Source: Orbicella franksi
Taxonomy: Eukaryota
Assembly (NCBI GenBank): GCA_964199315.1
Contig: OZ116701.1
Coordinates: 30,070,001 to 30,134,000 of the forward strand
Length of the DNA stretch: 64,000 nt
Direction: 5' to 3'
Part shown: positions 61,601-64,000 of the stretch, piece after piece
Layout of the letters: each line of letters begins with the position of its first letter
How positions within the stretch are numbered: the first letter of the stretch is position 1
Program-made: the position numbers and the translations under genes
Notes under the pieces: generated by a model
Told to the model about the DNA's origin: nothing
What the model saw: the letters and a program-made list of their open reading frames with translations, nothing else
The model's database searches: none

Positions 61601-63640
61601 TACTCTTCCCTGAAGTGTATGTCAAATTTCCTGTGCCTGACATAAACGTCTAGGGAGGTATTGTGAGAGTTAAGTATTGTGCCCATTTAGAACCCACGAG
61701 AAGGGATGTTTAAATCCATATTACAGATTACTCTTCCCCAAAGCGTATGTCAAATTTCCTGTGCCTGACATAAACGTCTAGGGAGGTATTGTGAGAGTTA
61801 AGTATTGTGCCCATTTAGAACCCACGAGAAGGGATGTTTAAATCCATATTACAGATTACTCTTCCCCAAAGCGTATGTCAAATTTCCTGTGCCTGACATA
61901 AACGTCTAGGGAGGTATTGTGAGAGTTAAGTATTGTGCCCATTTAGAACCCATGAGAAGGGATGTTTAAATCCATATTACAGATTACTCTTCCCCAAAGC
62001 GTATGTCAAATTTCCTGTGCCTGACATAAACGTCTAGGGAGGTATTGTGAGAGTTAAGTATTGTGCCCATTTAGAACCCACGAGAAGGGATGTTTAAATC
62101 CATATTACAGATTACTCTTCCCCAAAGCGTATGTCAAATTTCCTGTGCCTGACATAAACGTCTAGGGAGGTATTGTGAGAGTTAAGTATTGTGCCCATTT
62201 AGAACCCACGAGAAGGGATGTTTAAATCCATATTACAGATTACTCTTCCCCAAAGCGTATGTCAAATTTCCTGTGCCTGACATAAACGTCTAGGGAGGTA
62301 TTGTGAGAGTTAAGTATTGTGCCCATTTAGAACCCACGAGAAGGGATGTTTAAATCCATATTACAGATTACTCTTCCCCAAAGCGTATGTCAAATTTCCT
62401 GTGCCTGACATAAACGTCTAGGGAGGTATTGTGAGAGTTAAGTATTGTGCCCATTTAGAACCCACGAGAAGGGATGTTTAAATCCATATTACAGATTACT
62501 CTTCCCCAAAGCGTATGTCAAATTTCCTGTGCCTGACATAAACGTCTAGGGAGGTATTGTGAGAGTTAAGTATTGTGCCCATTTAGAACCCACGAGAAGG
62601 GATGTTTAAATCCATATTACAGATTACTCTTCCCCAAAGCGTATGTCAAATTTCCTGTGCCTGACATAAACGTCTAGGGAGGTATTGTGAGAGTTAAGTA
62701 TTGTGCCCATTTAGAACCCATGAGAAGGGATGTTTAAATCCATATTACAGATTACTCTTCCCCAAAGCGTATGTCAAATTTCCTGTGCCTGACATAAACG
62801 TCTAGGGAGGTATTGTGAGAGTTAAGTATTGTGCCCATTTAGAACCCACGAGAAGGGATGTTTAAATCCATATTACAGATTACTCTTCCCCAAAGCGTAT
62901 GTCAAATTTCCTGTGCCTGACATAAACGTCTAGGGAGGTATTGTGAGAGTTAAGTATTGTGCCCATTTAGAACCCACGAGAAGGGATGTTTAAATCCATA
63001 TTACAGATTACTCTTCCCCAAAGCGTATGTCAAATTTCCTGTGCCTGACATAAACGTCTAGGGAGGTATTGTGAGAGTTAAGTATTGTGCCCATTTAGAA
63101 CCCATGAGAAGGGATGTTTAAATCCATATTACAGATTACTCTTCCCTGAAGCGTTTGTCAAATTTCCCGTGCCTGACATAAACGTTCAGAACGTATTGTG
63201 AGAGTTAGGTATTGTGCCCATTTAGAACCCAACAGTGTAACAGTGTCAGCCTGGAATTTATGTTGATCCCAAATACATTAAATACATTCTTCTCGGGCTT
63301 AGATTAATAAATACCGTCATTTTTTTGTATAACAGTACATGTATACAATTTACTGACCACTTGCATTTGCTTCTGTGCCAAAATGAGTCTTTGCTTGAAA
63401 CCATTCATGTGAAATTGCATTTTGTCTGCATGTTTAGTTTCGTGCAGATCAAACTCATTTTCAAAAGAAAATTTTTATGAGGACTTGTTTTGAAACAGAG
63501 GCACAAGGGAACTCGGAAATGGCCCATTATGCTCACCAGTTTGAAATTATTTTTCCTGATTAGGGTTTCATTGTCTTTTTTGTATTTGTCAATTTGCTTC
63601 TTTGTCTCCTCTACCTCATGACCATTTGCAAGGTTCCAAA
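58633..63640 (-). CDS. MNAT1: CDK-activating kinase assembly factor MAT1, 5'-partial (RING exons beyond the window)
   Basis: Exons 63640-63537, 61301-61161, 60611-60501, 59377-59265 and 58756-58633 splice in frame. They give [31 protein letters not shown]...ENEAFLNQL...[50 protein letters not shown], matching the MAT1 C-terminus. Confidence 0.93.
59855..59868. promoter_or_regulatory. Near-perfect RFX X-box inside a MNAT1 intron
   Basis: GTTGCCATGGAAAC. Confidence 0.5.
61572..63230. repeat. Tandem satellite, 13 copies of a 128-bp unit, in a MNAT1 intron
   Basis: Unit starts 'gaagggatgtttaaatcc' at 61572, 61700, 61828 ... 63108 (period 128). Internal copies are nearly identical and the last copy is the most diverged. 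Confidence 0.97.
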
Positions 63641-64000
63641 CTATAAAGAACAGGATGGAAAATGATTATTTAAAAATAAACAAAATAGTGCTGAGCAGTT
63701 GAAAAACAAAAGACACTGTAAGAGAATTTTTCATACTGGGGTCAATGACGAGGCATCCTGGGAAATGCTTTAATCAGAGTGTTTTTATGCCACTGAACAG
63801 GGCTCCACTATGTTAACATGAAGTCAAATTCAATGGAAATTCCCTAACTACTTTTAGTGAACTATTTTTTATTTTTTTAACTCACGTTCAAAACTCACAC
63901 CAAAAGAAACCTGGATCATGTGTTCTAAAGGCATCCACAGTCAAGTGTCAATCAATACCCTCAATCCACCCTTGATTGACACTCCATCCACAACCCCATT

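Noticed and set aside
61572-63230. CRISPR-like regular array
   Set aside because: The whole 128-bp unit repeats with no unique spacers, there are no cas genes, and it sits in a eukaryotic intron. It is a satellite.

Overview
Eukaryotic, intron-rich, AT-rich genomic DNA, most likely from a stony coral or other anthozoan (inferred from its SINE/MITE families and gene style). I rebuilt the genes by hand from splice sites. In order: a 5'-partial Syk/Shark/ACK-like tyrosine kinase carrying HKD instead of HRD (+, 1223-7866); a candidate small secreted-protein gene (+, about 9104-9609); TEX30-like alpha/beta hydrolase (-); an intronless DUF1647 glycosyltransferase-like gene (-); Salvador/SAV1 (-) head-to-head with radial spoke head RSPH4A/6A (+) around an RFX X-box; eIF4A3 (-); an intronless F-box/LRR gene (-) head-to-head with the leader of an intronless COPS2 CDS (+); and a 5'-partial MNAT1 (-) with a 13 x 128-bp satellite in an intron. 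Strongest finding: three copies of a SNORD2/snR39B-type box C/D snoRNA. One lies in eIF4A3 intron 4. Two lie in introns of an apparently non-coding, multi-exon leader upstream of COPS2, each 81-86 nt before a 3' splice site. Three of the 47 reconstructed introns are GC-AG. Also present are many SINEs, MITEs, a pogo/Tigger remnant and a hAT-like element with a 5-bp TSD. No CRISPR array, rRNA or true tRNA was seen. All calls are by eye, with no database search.
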